A DNA stretch of 64,000 nt from Leptospirillia bacterium (GTDB lineage: Bacteria > Nitrospirota > JACRHL01). The translations under genes and the position numbers were made by a program. The number at the start of each line of letters is the position of its first letter. The stretch's first letter is position 1. The stretch covers positions 1,190-65,189 of the forward strand of contig JBHHVE010000013.1 of the NCBI GenBank assembly GCA_046754085.1. The letters run 5' to 3'. This document shows positions 49,326 through 59,530 of the stretch, piece by piece. The notes under the pieces are model-generated. The model worked only from the letters and a program-made list of their open reading frames with translations, had not been told where the DNA came from and ran no database searches.

Positions 49326-50429
49326 ATGGCAAAGATTCTCATCGGCATGAGCGGCGGGGTGGACAGCTCCGTGGCGGCGGCCCTGCTGGTCCGCGCTGGG
49401 CACGACGTCACCGGCGTCACCCTCAAGCTGTGGGACGGCGAGGAAGGCCCGGAGGCCCCCTGGCAGGAGCGTTCCTGCTGCAAGGTGGGGCTGGCCCGCC
49501 ACGTCTCCGACACCCTCTCCATCCCGCACCGGGTGGTGGACGTGCGCGAGCGCTTCCGCCGCCATGTGGTGGACGACTTTTTAGACGCCTACAGCGCCGG
49601 CGACACCCCCAACCCGTGCGTGCGCTGCAACGAATCGGTCAAGTTCACCGGCCTGTTAAAACTCGCCGAAGACGAGGGTTACGACGCCGTCGCCACCGGC
49701 CACTACGCCCGCATCGAGCGCACCGGCGCGGGCGGCTGGCGGCTCCTGACCGGGGCCGATGCCAACAAGGACCAGAGCTACTTTCTGTACCGTATCCCCA
49801 AGGCCGACCTGCCCCGCATTCGGCTGCCCCTGGGGGCCATGACCAAGCCTCTGGTGTACGAGATCGCCCGCTCCCTCGGTCTGCCCGCCGAGGAGATCGC
49901 CGAAAGCCAGGAGATCTGCTTCGTGGGTAGCGGCGACTACCGGGATTTTCTGTTGTCCGAACGGCCGGAGGCCAAACGCCCCGGCGACGTGGTGGATCTG
50001 GACGGCAACACCCTCGGCCATCACGACGGCGTCGCCCTGCACACCATCGGCCAGCGCCGGGGACTGGGGGTGGCCGTAGGCGAACGGGTCTATGTGGTGG
50101 ATACCGACCCGGTCACAAACCGGGTGGTGCTGGGGCCGGACGAAGCGCTGCTGGCCGACGGTCTGGAAGCCGATCAGATCAATCTGCTGGCGCCGTTCTC
50201 CGAAGGGCGGGTCGACGCCCGCATCCGTTATCGCAGCAAGCCGGTGCCCGCAACCGCCACCGTGGCGGACGGCAGGCTGAGCATCCGTTTCGACACCCCC
50301 CAGCGGGCGGTGGCTCCGGGCCAGAGCGTGGTGCTCTACCGGGACGGCACGGTGATCGGCGGCGGCATTATTCGACATGCCACGAGGGCGACCCCGACCT
50401 CCGAACACGGGTTGGAGTTAAGCGCATGA
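49326..50429 (+). CDS. mnmA: tRNA 2-thiouridylase MnmA
   Basis: GMSGGVDSS, TPNPCVRCN, ATGHYA, KDQSYFL, ESQEICF, TIGQRRGL. Confidence 0.96.
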   Translation: MAKILIGMSGGVDSSVAAALLVRAGHDVTGVTLKLWDGEEGPEAPWQERSCCKVGLARHVSDTLSIPHRVVDVRERFRRHVVDDFLDAYSAGDTPNPCVRCNESVKFTGLLKLAEDEGYDAVATGHYARIERTGAGGWRLLTGADANKDQSYFLYRIPKADLPRIRLPLGAMTKPLVYEIARSLGLPAEEIAESQEICFVGSGDYRDFLLSERPEAKRPGDVVDLDGNTLGHHDGVALHTIGQRRGLGVAVGERVYVVDTDPVTNRVVLGPDEALLADGLEADQINLLAPFSEGRVDARIRYRSKPVPATATVADGRLSIRFDTPQRAVAPGQSVVLYRDGTVIGGGIIRHATRATPTSEHGLELSA

Positions 50430-51061
50430 TCATCGAGCACTTGACCGTGGGGGTGTTCCAGTGCAACTGCTTCATTCTGGGGTGCGAAAAGTCCCGGGAG
50501 GCGGTGGTGGTCGATCCCGGCGATCAGCCCGAGATGATCCTCGCCCGGGTGGCAGCCCTTGGCCTGACGGTGACCGCCATCGTCGCCACCCACGCCCACC
50601 TGGATCACGTAGGCGGCATGGTGGGGGTGCATGCCGCCACCCAGGCCCCCACCTGCCTGCACCCGGACGACCAGTTCCTGTATGACAACCTGAAAATGCA
50701 GGCGGACCTGTTCCGTCTGCCCACGCCGCCGGGCGGGCCGGTCACCCGCTACCTCAAGGAGGGCGACGAGGTGACCTGGGGCAGCCACCGCATCGACACC
50801 CTGCACACCCCCGGACACACCCCGGGAAGTCTTTGTTTTTACATGGAAAACGAAGACATTCTGTTCTCCGGGGACACCCTGTTCCAGCGCAGTGTCGGGC
50901 GCACCGATCTGTGGGGCGGCGATTCCGCCCTGATGCTGCGGGGCATCCGTGAAAAACTGATGCCCCTGCCTGCGGCCACCCAAGTGTTTCCCGGCCACGG
51001 CCCCGCCACTCACATCGGGGTGGAGCGAACGGAAAACCCGTTCCTGCGTTCCCTCTCTTGA
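50426..51061 (+). CDS. MBL-fold metallo-hydrolase (glyoxalase II/YcbL-like)
   Basis: [35 protein letters not shown]. Confidence 0.9.
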   Translation: MIIEHLTVGVFQCNCFILGCEKSREAVVVDPGDQPEMILARVAALGLTVTAIVATHAHLDHVGGMVGVHAATQAPTCLHPDDQFLYDNLKMQADLFRLPTPPGGPVTRYLKEGDEVTWGSHRIDTLHTPGHTPGSLCFYMENEDILFSGDTLFQRSVGRTDLWGGDSALMLRGIREKLMPLPAATQVFPGHGPATHIGVERTENPFLRSLS

Positions 51062-51209
51062 GGCCATAGGCCTCCCCGGATTAAAATATTCAATTCGGCC
51101 CAAAACCGTATTTTTGAAAAATTCGGGGGCGCTTCAGCGGGAAACCGGTGCAAAAAAACCGGGGCGCAAATGCCCTCGAACACAGACAGATGGACAACGG
51201 GATGAGTTC

Positions 51210-52610
51210 ATGACCGGCAAAACGCTTTTTGAGAAAATCTGGGGCACCCACGTGGTTCGCATGGACGGCGATGTGGCGCTGCTTTATATCGACCGCCATC
51301 TGGTGCATGAAGTCACCAGCCCGCAGGCGTTCGAGGGACTGCGCATGGCCTCCCGCAAGCCCCATCGGGCGGACGCCACCTTCGCGGTGCCGGACCACAA
51401 CGTGCCCACCACCGACCGGGCCGCGGGCATCTCCGACCCGGTCAGCCGCCTGCAGGTGGAAACCCTGGACGGCAATTGCAGTGAATTCGGCATCACCGAG
51501 TTCCGCATGGACGACCCGCGCCAGGGCATCGTGCACGTGATGGCGCCGGAGCAGGGCATCGTGCTGCCCGGCATGACGGTGGTCTGCGGTGACTCCCACA
51601 CCGCCACCCACGGCGCCATGGGCGCCCTCGCCTTCGGTATCGGCACCAGCGAGGTGGAGCACGTGCTCGCCACCCAGTGCCTGATCCAGACCACCCCGAA
51701 GAACATGCGGGTCACCGTCGATGGCACCCTTAGCGACGGCGTCACCGCCAAGGACATCGTGCTCGCCATCATCGGCAGAATCGGCACCGCCGGGGGCACC
51801 GGCTACGTCATCGAGTTCGCCGGTTCCGCCATCGTCGATCTCAGCATGGAAGGCCGCATGACGGTCTGCAACATGGCCATCGAGGCGGGTGCCCGCGCCG
51901 GCATGATCGCGGTGGACGAAAAAACCATCGATTACGTGGAAGGCCGCCCCTACTCCCCTTCCGGAGCCGACTGGGACAAGGCGGTGGCCTGGTGGCGAAC
52001 CCTCCATTCGGACCCGGATGCCGTATTCGACGCCGAGGTCACCCTGGATGCCGCGCAGATTCAGCCTCAGGTCACCTGGGGCACCAGCCCGGAAATGGTG
52101 CTCGGCATCGACGGACAGGTGCCGGATCCCGCCGCCGAGGCCGACCCGGTGAAGCGCGTCTCCATCGAAAACGCCCTCAGCTACATGGGCCTTAAGGCCG
52201 GTACACCCATCGCCGAAATCCCGGTGGACCGGGTATTTATCGGCTCCTGCACCAATGGCCGCATCGAGGATTTGCGGCAGGCCGCCGCCGTGGCCAGGGG
52301 GCGTCGGGTGGCCGGTTCCGTATCCGCCATGGTGGTGCCCGGCTCCGGCCTGGTGAAGGAGCAGGCGGAGGCCGAGGGGCTCGACCGCATCTTCACCGAC
52401 GCCGGTTTCGAGTGGCGCGACCCGGGCTGCTCCATGTGCCTGGCCATGAACGCCGACCAGCTGGCGCCGGAGGAGCGCTGCGCCTCCACCAGCAACCGTA
52501 ATTTCGAGGGCCGTCAGGGCAAGGGTGGGCGCACCCATCTGGTCAGCCCGTCCATGGCCGCCGCCGCCGCCGTGTCCGGCCACTTCACCGATGTCAGGGA
52601 GCTCGTCTGA
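51210..52610 (+). CDS. leuC: 3-isopropylmalate dehydratase large subunit
   Basis: [52 protein letters not shown]. Confidence 0.98.
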   Translation: MTGKTLFEKIWGTHVVRMDGDVALLYIDRHLVHEVTSPQAFEGLRMASRKPHRADATFAVPDHNVPTTDRAAGISDPVSRLQVETLDGNCSEFGITEFRMDDPRQGIVHVMAPEQGIVLPGMTVVCGDSHTATHGAMGALAFGIGTSEVEHVLATQCLIQTTPKNMRVTVDGTLSDGVTAKDIVLAIIGRIGTAGGTGYVIEFAGSAIVDLSMEGRMTVCNMAIEAGARAGMIAVDEKTIDYVEGRPYSPSGADWDKAVAWWRTLHSDPDAVFDAEVTLDAAQIQPQVTWGTSPEMVLGIDGQVPDPAAEADPVKRVSIENALSYMGLKAGTPIAEIPVDRVFIGSCTNGRIEDLRQAAAVARGRRVAGSVSAMVVPGSGLVKEQAEAEGLDRIFTDAGFEWRDPGCSMCLAMNADQLAPEERCASTSNRNFEGRQGKGGRTHLVSPSMAAAAAVSGHFTDVRELV

Positions 52611-53254
52611 TGCAAGCGTTTACCCGGCTTGACGCCATTGTCTGCCCGATCGATCGGGCCAACGTGGACACCGACGCCATCATTCCCAAGCAGTTCCTGA
52701 AATCGATCCGGCGTACCGGTTTCGGCAAGTACCTGTTCGACGAATGGCGCTACCTGGATCAGGGCCAGCCCGACATGGACGTGGCGAACCGGCCGAAAAA
52801 TCCCGACTTCGTACTCAACCAGCCGCGCTACGCGGGCACCGAAATCCTGCTCACCCAGGACAACTTCGGCTGTGGCTCGTCCCGGGAACATGCCCCGTGG
52901 GCGCTTCTGGATTTCGGCTTCCGCTGCATCATCGCCAAAAGCTTTGCGGATATTTTTTTCAACAACTGCTTCAAAAACGGCATTTTGCCCATTGTCCTGC
53001 CGACGAAGCAGGTCGACGACCTCATGAGCGCCGTGCTGGCCACCGAAGGCTACCGTCTTGTGGTGGATCTGACCGACCAGTCGATCACCACCCCGGAAGG
53101 TGACCGCATCGAATTCGACGTGGACCCGTTCCGCAAGGACTGTCTGCTTCGGGGACTGGACGACATCGGTCTGACCCTGGCTCACATCGACGACATTCGC
53201 GCCTACGAGGCCAAACGCCGGGATGAGGCACCCTGGCTGTTTGCCGCAAATTAA
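52610..53254 (+). CDS. leuD: 3-isopropylmalate dehydratase small subunit
   Basis: [28 protein letters not shown]. Confidence 0.98.
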   Translation: MQAFTRLDAIVCPIDRANVDTDAIIPKQFLKSIRRTGFGKYLFDEWRYLDQGQPDMDVANRPKNPDFVLNQPRYAGTEILLTQDNFGCGSSREHAPWALLDFGFRCIIAKSFADIFFNNCFKNGILPIVLPTKQVDDLMSAVLATEGYRLVVDLTDQSITTPEGDRIEFDVDPFRKDCLLRGLDDIGLTLAHIDDIRAYEAKRRDEAPWLFAAN

Positions 53255-53292
53255 CCGCTTGTTTTTAAACGTTTTTGAAGGGTAAAAGTTCG

Positions 53293-54366
53293 ATGGCGTA
53301 TCGTGTAGTCGTGCTCCCCGGTGACGGGATCGGCCAGGAAATCGTGCCCCAGGGCATTCGGGTGATGGAATTGCTGGCCGAGCGTTACGGCGTGGAGATC
53401 CAGACCGAGTCCCACCTGATCGGCGGCACCGCTTACGATGCCACCGGCACCCCCCTGCCGGACCTCACCCTGAACGCATGCAAGGCCGCCGACGCGGTTC
53501 TGCTGGGCGCGGTGGGCGGCACCCAGTGGGAGTCTCTGGACTATTCCGTACGCCCGGAGCGCGGCCTGCTGGGTATCCGCAAGGAGCTTGGGCTGTTTGC
53601 CAACCTGCGCCCGGCCAACATCTTCCCCCAACTGGTGTCGGCCTCGTCCCTCAAGCCCGAGGTGATCGAGGGCATCGATATCATGTGCGTGCGGGAGTTG
53701 ACCGGCGACATCTACTTCGGCAGCCCCCGTGGGGTCACCGGCGAGGGCGACGGCCGCACCGGCGTCAACACCATGGTCTACACCGTGCCGGAGATCGAGC
53801 GCATCGCGCGAAAGGCGTTCGAGGTGGCCCGGGTGCGCGGCAAAAAGCTCTGCTCCGTGGATAAAGCCAACGTGCTGGAGTGCACCGAACTGTGGCGCGA
53901 AGTGGTGACGGCGGTACATGCGGACTACCCGGACGTTGAACTGTCCCACATGTATGTGGACAACGCCGCCATGCAACTGGTGCGCTGGCCCAGGCAGTTC
54001 GACGTGCTGGTCACCGGCAACATCTTTGGCGACATCCTGTCGGACGAGGCCTCCATGCTCACCGGCAGCATCGGCATGCTGCCGTCCGCCTCCCTGGGTG
54101 AGTCCCACGCCATGTACGAGCCGATCCACGGCAGCGCCCCGGACATCGCCGGCAAGGACCTGGCCAACCCCATCGCCACCATCATGAGCGTGGCGATGAT
54201 GTTTAAATACACCTTCGGCAAGGGCGATGCCGAGGAGGTGGTGCGCGGCGCCATCTCACGGGTGCTCGACGACGGTATCCGCACCGCCGATATCGCCGCC
54301 AAAGACGAAACCACGGTGGGTTGCGCCGAAATGGGCGACCGGATCGTCAAGGCCCTTTCCTCCTAA
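53293..54366 (+). CDS. leuB: 3-isopropylmalate dehydrogenase
   Basis: [46 protein letters not shown]. Confidence 0.98.
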   Translation: MAYRVVVLPGDGIGQEIVPQGIRVMELLAERYGVEIQTESHLIGGTAYDATGTPLPDLTLNACKAADAVLLGAVGGTQWESLDYSVRPERGLLGIRKELGLFANLRPANIFPQLVSASSLKPEVIEGIDIMCVRELTGDIYFGSPRGVTGEGDGRTGVNTMVYTVPEIERIARKAFEVARVRGKKLCSVDKANVLECTELWREVVTAVHADYPDVELSHMYVDNAAMQLVRWPRQFDVLVTGNIFGDILSDEASMLTGSIGMLPSASLGESHAMYEPIHGSAPDIAGKDLANPIATIMSVAMMFKYTFGKGDAEEVVRGAISRVLDDGIRTADIAAKDETTVGCAEMGDRIVKALSS

Positions 54367-54380
54367 CGGAAGCTTTCCCG

Positions 54381-55412
54381 ATGTTGAAGAAAAAAGATCG
54401 CTACAACGTGGCCATCGTCGGCGCCACCGGTGCCGTCGGCCAGGAGATGCGGGAAATCCTCGAAGAACGGAACTTCCCGGTGGACCAAGTGCGCATGCTC
54501 GCTTCCGAGCGCTCGGAAGGCACCACGGTTGAGTTTGCAGGACAGGAGGTACCGGTTCAGCGCACCACCAAGGAGAGCTTTGAAGGTATTGATATTGCGC
54601 TGTTTTCCGCCGGCGCCACCCGCAGCCTGGAGTTCGCGCCCCACGCCGTGGTGGCGGGGGCGGTGGTGATCGATAACTCCAGCGCCTTCCGCATGGAGGA
54701 AAAAGCCCCCCTGGTGGTGCCCGAGGTCAACGCCCACGCCCTTGAAGGCCATCGGGGCATCATCGCCAACCCGAACTGCTCCACCATCCAGATAGTGGTG
54801 CCGCTCAAGGCCCTGCACGATGCCGCCGGTATCCGCCGTCTGGTGATCTCCACCTACCAGTCCGTCTCCGGCACCGGCGCCGACGCCATGGAGGAGCTGT
54901 TCAGACAGTCCGCCCAGGTGCTCAACATGGAAGAGCCCAAGGCCGAGGTGTACCCTCACCAGATTGCGTTTAATTGCCTGCCGCAGATCGATGTCTTCGA
55001 CGAACTCGACTACACCAAGGAAGAATGGAAGATGGTGCGGGAGACCCGCAAGATCATGGAGGAGCCGGACATGCAGATCTCCGCCACCGCAGTGCGGGTG
55101 CCGGTGTTCCGCGGCCACTCCGCCAGCATCAACGTGGAGCTGGAAAGCGAAATTCTGCCCAACGAGGCCCGCGCCCTGATGAGCGAAATGCCCGGCGTGG
55201 TGGTGCTGGACGACCCGGAGCGGAACCTCTACCCCCTGGCCACCGATGCCGCCGGCACCGATGCCATCTACGTGGGCCGGGTGCGCACCGACCCGACCGT
55301 GGCGTTCGGCCTGAACCTGTGGGTGGTCTCCGACAACTTGCGGAAGGGCGCTGCCCTGAACACCATACAGATCGCCGAGTGCCTGATCGCAAAGGCCCAC
55401 GCCGACGGCTAG
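54381..55412 (+). CDS. asd: Aspartate-semialdehyde dehydrogenase
   Basis: GATGAVG, ANPNCST, TYQSVSG, DNLRKGAALN. Confidence 0.97.
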   Translation: MLKKKDRYNVAIVGATGAVGQEMREILEERNFPVDQVRMLASERSEGTTVEFAGQEVPVQRTTKESFEGIDIALFSAGATRSLEFAPHAVVAGAVVIDNSSAFRMEEKAPLVVPEVNAHALEGHRGIIANPNCSTIQIVVPLKALHDAAGIRRLVISTYQSVSGTGADAMEELFRQSAQVLNMEEPKAEVYPHQIAFNCLPQIDVFDELDYTKEEWKMVRETRKIMEEPDMQISATAVRVPVFRGHSASINVELESEILPNEARALMSEMPGVVVLDDPERNLYPLATDAAGTDAIYVGRVRTDPTVAFGLNLWVVSDNLRKGAALNTIQIAECLIAKAHADG

Positions 55413-55424
55413 GGCCGGCTTGCC

Positions 55425-56603
55425 ATGACTGCGCTCACCCCCATCTACCTCGACAATGCCGCCACCACACGGGTGCGGGATGAGGTGGTGGAAGCCATGT
55501 TGCCGTACTTTTCCACCTACTACGGCAATGCCTCATGCACCTACGACCTGGGACAGGCCTCCCGAAACGCCATAGACGACTGTCGCGAGTCGCTGGCGGA
55601 AGCACTAGGCTGCCGCCCGCGGGAGGTTCTGTTCACCAGCGGCGGCACCGAGGCGGACAACCTGGCGATCATCGGCGTGGCCAAGTCCCGCCAGGACAAA
55701 GGCCGTCACCTGATCACCAGCGCCATCGAGCACCATGCGGTGCTGCACACCATGCGGGCCCTGTCCGAAGAAGGCTTTCGCATCACGGTGCTGCCGGTGG
55801 ATGCATACGGCCGGGTGGACCCGGCCGACCTTGAAAGTGCCATTACCGCCGAAACCACGCTGGTCAGCATCATGCACGGCAACAACGAGGTCGGCACCCT
55901 GCAACCCATCGCCGATTTCGGAAACATCTGCCGCGCCCGCGGGGTGCTGTTCCACACCGATGCGGTGCAGACCTTTGGCCACCTGCCCACGGACGTGACC
56001 GAGCTTCAGTGCGACTTGCTGTCCCTCTCCGCCCACAAGTTCCACGGCCCCAAGGGGGTGGGCGCCCTGTACGTGAAAAAGGGGGTCAAGCCGCTGCCGA
56101 TCCAGCACGGCGGCAAGCAGGAGCGCGGTTTCAGGCCCAGCACCGAAAACGTGCCGGGCATCGTCGGCATGGGGGCTGCCGCCCGGCTGGCGGTGGCGGA
56201 GATGGATGCCGAGTCCGCCCGGCTCACCCAATTACGCGATGCCGCCATCGAACGGCTCCTCGCGCTGCCGGATGTGCGACTGAACGGCCACCCCACCGAG
56301 CGTCTGCCCAACAACATCAACGTCAGCGCCACCGGGGTGGAGGGCGAGGCCCTGAACCTGCGCATGGGCATGCACGGCATCGGCACCTCCACCGGCTCCG
56401 CCTGCACCACCGGCTCACCGGCGCCGTCCCACGTGCTTACCGCCATGGGAATCGAGGAGCCGTGGCTGTCCGGTAACCTGCGGCTGAGCCTGGGGCGGGA
56501 CACAATCGCCGAGGACATGGACAAGGCGATCACCGCCTATAGCGAGATCATCGGGGAGCTGCGCGCCACATCTCCCAACTACCAGCCCGGAGTCGCCCCG
56601 TGA
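55425..56603 (+). CDS. iscS: Cysteine desulfurase (IscS/NifS group I)
   Basis: YLDNAATT, FTSGGTEADN, SAHKFHGPKG, STGSACT. Confidence 0.9.
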   Translation: MTALTPIYLDNAATTRVRDEVVEAMLPYFSTYYGNASCTYDLGQASRNAIDDCRESLAEALGCRPREVLFTSGGTEADNLAIIGVAKSRQDKGRHLITSAIEHHAVLHTMRALSEEGFRITVLPVDAYGRVDPADLESAITAETTLVSIMHGNNEVGTLQPIADFGNICRARGVLFHTDAVQTFGHLPTDVTELQCDLLSLSAHKFHGPKGVGALYVKKGVKPLPIQHGGKQERGFRPSTENVPGIVGMGAAARLAVAEMDAESARLTQLRDAAIERLLALPDVRLNGHPTERLPNNINVSATGVEGEALNLRMGMHGIGTSTGSACTTGSPAPSHVLTAMGIEEPWLSGNLRLSLGRDTIAEDMDKAITAYSEIIGELRATSPNYQPGVAP

Positions 56604-57328
56604 GCACGGACCACCGTTTTTCCGCAAGCGCTCGTCAGGCAGTCTACGACGCCATCTACCGCCGCCGTGACATCCGGGAGGGGTTTACCGGGGAGCCGCT
56701 TGATCCGGCCACCCTGGGGCGGCTGCTGAACGCCGCCCATCACGCCCCCAGCGTCGGCTACATGCAACCGTGGAACTTTATTCTGATCACCGCCAGCGAA
56801 ACCCGCGAAGGTCTGTGGCGGGCGGTGGACAAGGAACGCCGCTCCGCCGCCGTGGTGTTCGAGGGGGAGCAGGCAAAAAAATTTCCGGCAATCAAGGTGG
56901 AGGCGATCCGCGAGGCCTCGGTGGTGATCTGCGTCACCGTCGATCCGTCCCGCCGGGGTCCCCACGTGCTGGGGCGCAACTCGGACGAACATACCGATCT
57001 GTACAGCGCCGCGGGAGCGATCCAGAACATGTGGCTTGCGGCCCGCGCCGAGGGCCTCGGCATGGGGTGGGTGTCGTTCTACAAAAAACCGGACGTGCGG
57101 CTGGTGCTGGACCTGCCGCCCCACATCGACCCCATCGGCCTGATCTGCCTGGGTCCGGTGGAGGAATTTCCGGACAAGCCGATACTCGAATCCGTCGGCT
57201 GGGGCGACCGCATCCCCCTGGATGAGTTGATCTACTACGAACGCTGGGGGGATGACACACCGCCGGATGGTGAACCCTGGGTGGATTTTTCCGAAACCGT
57301 CCCCGAACACCTGAAGGAAACGCCGTGA
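56600..57328 (+). CDS. bluB: 5,6-dimethylbenzimidazole synthase
   Basis: RRRDIR, AAHHAPSVGYMQPWNF, KVEAIRE, IQNMWLAARAEGLGMGWVS. Confidence 0.88.
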   Translation: MSTDHRFSASARQAVYDAIYRRRDIREGFTGEPLDPATLGRLLNAAHHAPSVGYMQPWNFILITASETREGLWRAVDKERRSAAVVFEGEQAKKFPAIKVEAIREASVVICVTVDPSRRGPHVLGRNSDEHTDLYSAAGAIQNMWLAARAEGLGMGWVSFYKKPDVRLVLDLPPHIDPIGLICLGPVEEFPDKPILESVGWGDRIPLDELIYYERWGDDTPPDGEPWVDFSETVPEHLKETP

Positions 57329-58440
57329 GTCATACCGACGGAATTTTCCCCATCCAGGCCCTCAAGCAGGCCGCCGCGGACGGCTGGATCGCGGGGCCGC
57401 CTTTGGCCGAGGGCCAGCTCCAGCCCGCCAGCCTGGATTTGCGGCTGGGCACCAAGGCATACCGCATCCAGAGCAGCTTTTTGCCCCAGGACCGCGCGGT
57501 GGCCGAGGTGCTGCCGGAGCTTTCCATGTATGAAATCGATCTGGAGGCGGGCGAAGGCATCCTGGAGCGCGGTAATGTCTACCTGATTCCGCTGATGGAG
57601 TCCCTGGCCCTGCCGGAGCACGTGCAGGGGCGCACCAACCCCAAAAGCAGCACCGGCCGACTGGATATCTTCACCCGGGTGATCACCGACAACGCCTACC
57701 GCTTCGAAGAGGTGCGCGCAGGCTATACCGGCCCGCTCTATCTGGAGGTGGTGCCGCGCTCGTTCACCGTGCGGGTGGCTCCCGGCCTCGCCTTGAACCA
57801 GTTGCGCCTGTTTTCCGGCCAGCCGCGCATGGGCGATGCCGAGCTGGCTGGGCTCTACCGGGACGAGCAACTGCTCTATGATGAGCACGGCGCGCCGGTT
57901 TCCATCGACGATGCCCTGATCCGTCAGGGCCTGTTCATGAGCATCGACCTGAAGGGCGACGGCGACAACGACGGCGTCATCGGCTACAAGGCGCGGCGCA
58001 ATTCGGCAGTGGTGGACCTGACCCGGATCGCCGCCCACCCCGCCGCCGAATACTGGGATCCGATCCGTACCTGCCGCCGGGGCAGCCTGATCCTGGAGCC
58101 GGAAGAGTTCTACATCTTCGCCTCCCGGGAGCGGGTGCGGGTACCGAACCACGTGGCCGCCGAGATGGTGGAGTACGATGCCGGTTCCGGTGAACTCAGA
58201 ACCCACTACGCCGGCTTCTTCGACTCCGGCTTCGGCTACGGTGACAACGGCGCGATCAAAGGCACCCGTGCGGTGCTGGAGGTACGGCCCCATGACGTGC
58301 CGTTCCGCATCACTCACGCCCAGGTGTTTTTTAAGCTGGTCTACGAACACATGATCGAGACACCGGTCACCAGCTATGGACAGGGCGGCTCCCACTATCA
58401 GGGCCAGGGACTCGCCCTCTCCAAGCACTTCAAAAATTAA
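57325..58440 (+). CDS. dcd: 2'-deoxycytidine 5'-triphosphate deaminase (long form)
   Basis: QPASLDLRLG, NPKSSTGRLDIFTR, GELRTHYAGFFDSGFG, YQGQGLALSKHF. Confidence 0.88.
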   Translation: MSHTDGIFPIQALKQAAADGWIAGPPLAEGQLQPASLDLRLGTKAYRIQSSFLPQDRAVAEVLPELSMYEIDLEAGEGILERGNVYLIPLMESLALPEHVQGRTNPKSSTGRLDIFTRVITDNAYRFEEVRAGYTGPLYLEVVPRSFTVRVAPGLALNQLRLFSGQPRMGDAELAGLYRDEQLLYDEHGAPVSIDDALIRQGLFMSIDLKGDGDNDGVIGYKARRNSAVVDLTRIAAHPAAEYWDPIRTCRRGSLILEPEEFYIFASRERVRVPNHVAAEMVEYDAGSGELRTHYAGFFDSGFGYGDNGAIKGTRAVLEVRPHDVPFRITHAQVFFKLVYEHMIETPVTSYGQGGSHYQGQGLALSKHFKN

Positions 58441-58450
58441 CCGGCCGACG

Positions 58451-59530
58451 GTGTCCCACGCCGCACGCCCCGTCACCAACCCCGCCCCCGGCGGAGCGCT
58501 GACCGCCGACTACGATTTCAAGCTTCCGCCGGAACTGATTGCCGCGCGCCCCCCGGAACGGCGCGACGCCTCACGGTTGATGCGGCTCAGGCGTCACAGC
58601 GGCGAGATCTCCCACCACGGCTTCGGCGACCTTTCCGGGCTGCTGCAGCCAGGCGACCTCTTAATTCTCAACGATACCCGGGTGTTCCCGGCGCGCATTC
58701 GCGGGGTCAAACCACGCACCGGCGGCGGTGTCGAACTGCTCCTGCTGACCCCCCTGGACGACGACCCGGCCTGCTGGAAGGTGATGGCGAAAGGCCGCCT
58801 GCGGCCGGGGGAGGCCGTCGAACTGACCGGCGGACTGCGCGGGGAACTGGAAACCGACCTGGGGGACGGGTTCTGGCGCTGCCGATTTGACAGTGCCCAC
58901 GGCGCCAATGTCATCGCCCACCTGGAAAAGCACGGCGAAATGCCGCTGCCGCCCTATATCGACCGCCCGGCGGATAGCGCCGACAAGGTGCGCTACCAGA
59001 CCGTATTTGCCAAGGAAACCGGCTCGGTGGCGGCTCCCACCAGCGGCCTGCACTTTACCGATGAGACATTCGCCGCCCTGAAAAAACGCGGGGTAGAAAC
59101 CACCACCCTCACCCTGCACGTGGGGCCGGGCACCTTTTTGCCGGTGCGCGCCGAGCACCTCGACGACCATGTGATGCATGCCGAGTCGTACCGTATTGAT
59201 GAAGCCGCGGCGGCGGCCATCGGGTTGGCCAGAGAACGGGGCGGGCGCGTGGTGGCCTGCGGCACTACCGTGACCCGAGCCCTGGAGAGCGTGGCGGACG
59301 AGGGCGGACACATCGCCGTCGCTTCAGGCGACACCCGCCTGTTTATCCGGCCCGGCTACCGCTTCCGCGCGGTGGACGCCATGCTCACCAACCTGCACCT
59401 GCCGGGATCAACCCTCTTGATGCTGGTGTCGGCCTTCGCCGGACGGGAACGAATACTTGCGGCCTACGCCGAGGCGGTGGCGGAAAGATACCGCTTCTTC
59501 AGCTACGGCGACGCCATGTTGATCGACTAG
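58451..59530 (+). CDS. queA: SAM:tRNA ribosyltransferase-isomerase
   Basis: NDTRVFPAR, GEMPLPPYI, RYQTVFA, AAPTSGLHF, LHVGPGTF, YRFFSYGDAM. Confidence 0.97.
   Translation: MSHAARPVTNPAPGGALTADYDFKLPPELIAARPPERRDASRLMRLRRHSGEISHHGFGDLSGLLQPGDLLILNDTRVFPARIRGVKPRTGGGVELLLLTPLDDDPACWKVMAKGRLRPGEAVELTGGLRGELETDLGDGFWRCRFDSAHGANVIAHLEKHGEMPLPPYIDRPADSADKVRYQTVFAKETGSVAAPTSGLHFTDETFAALKKRGVETTTLTLHVGPGTFLPVRAEHLDDHVMHAESYRIDEAAAAAIGLARERGGRVVACGTTVTRALESVADEGGHIAVASGDTRLFIRPGYRFRAVDAMLTNLHLPGSTLLMLVSAFAGRERILAAYAEAVAERYRFFSYGDAMLID

Noticed and set aside
51062-51209. Leucine attenuator or T-box upstream of leuC
   Set aside because: No Leu-rich leader peptide, T-box motif or terminator was found
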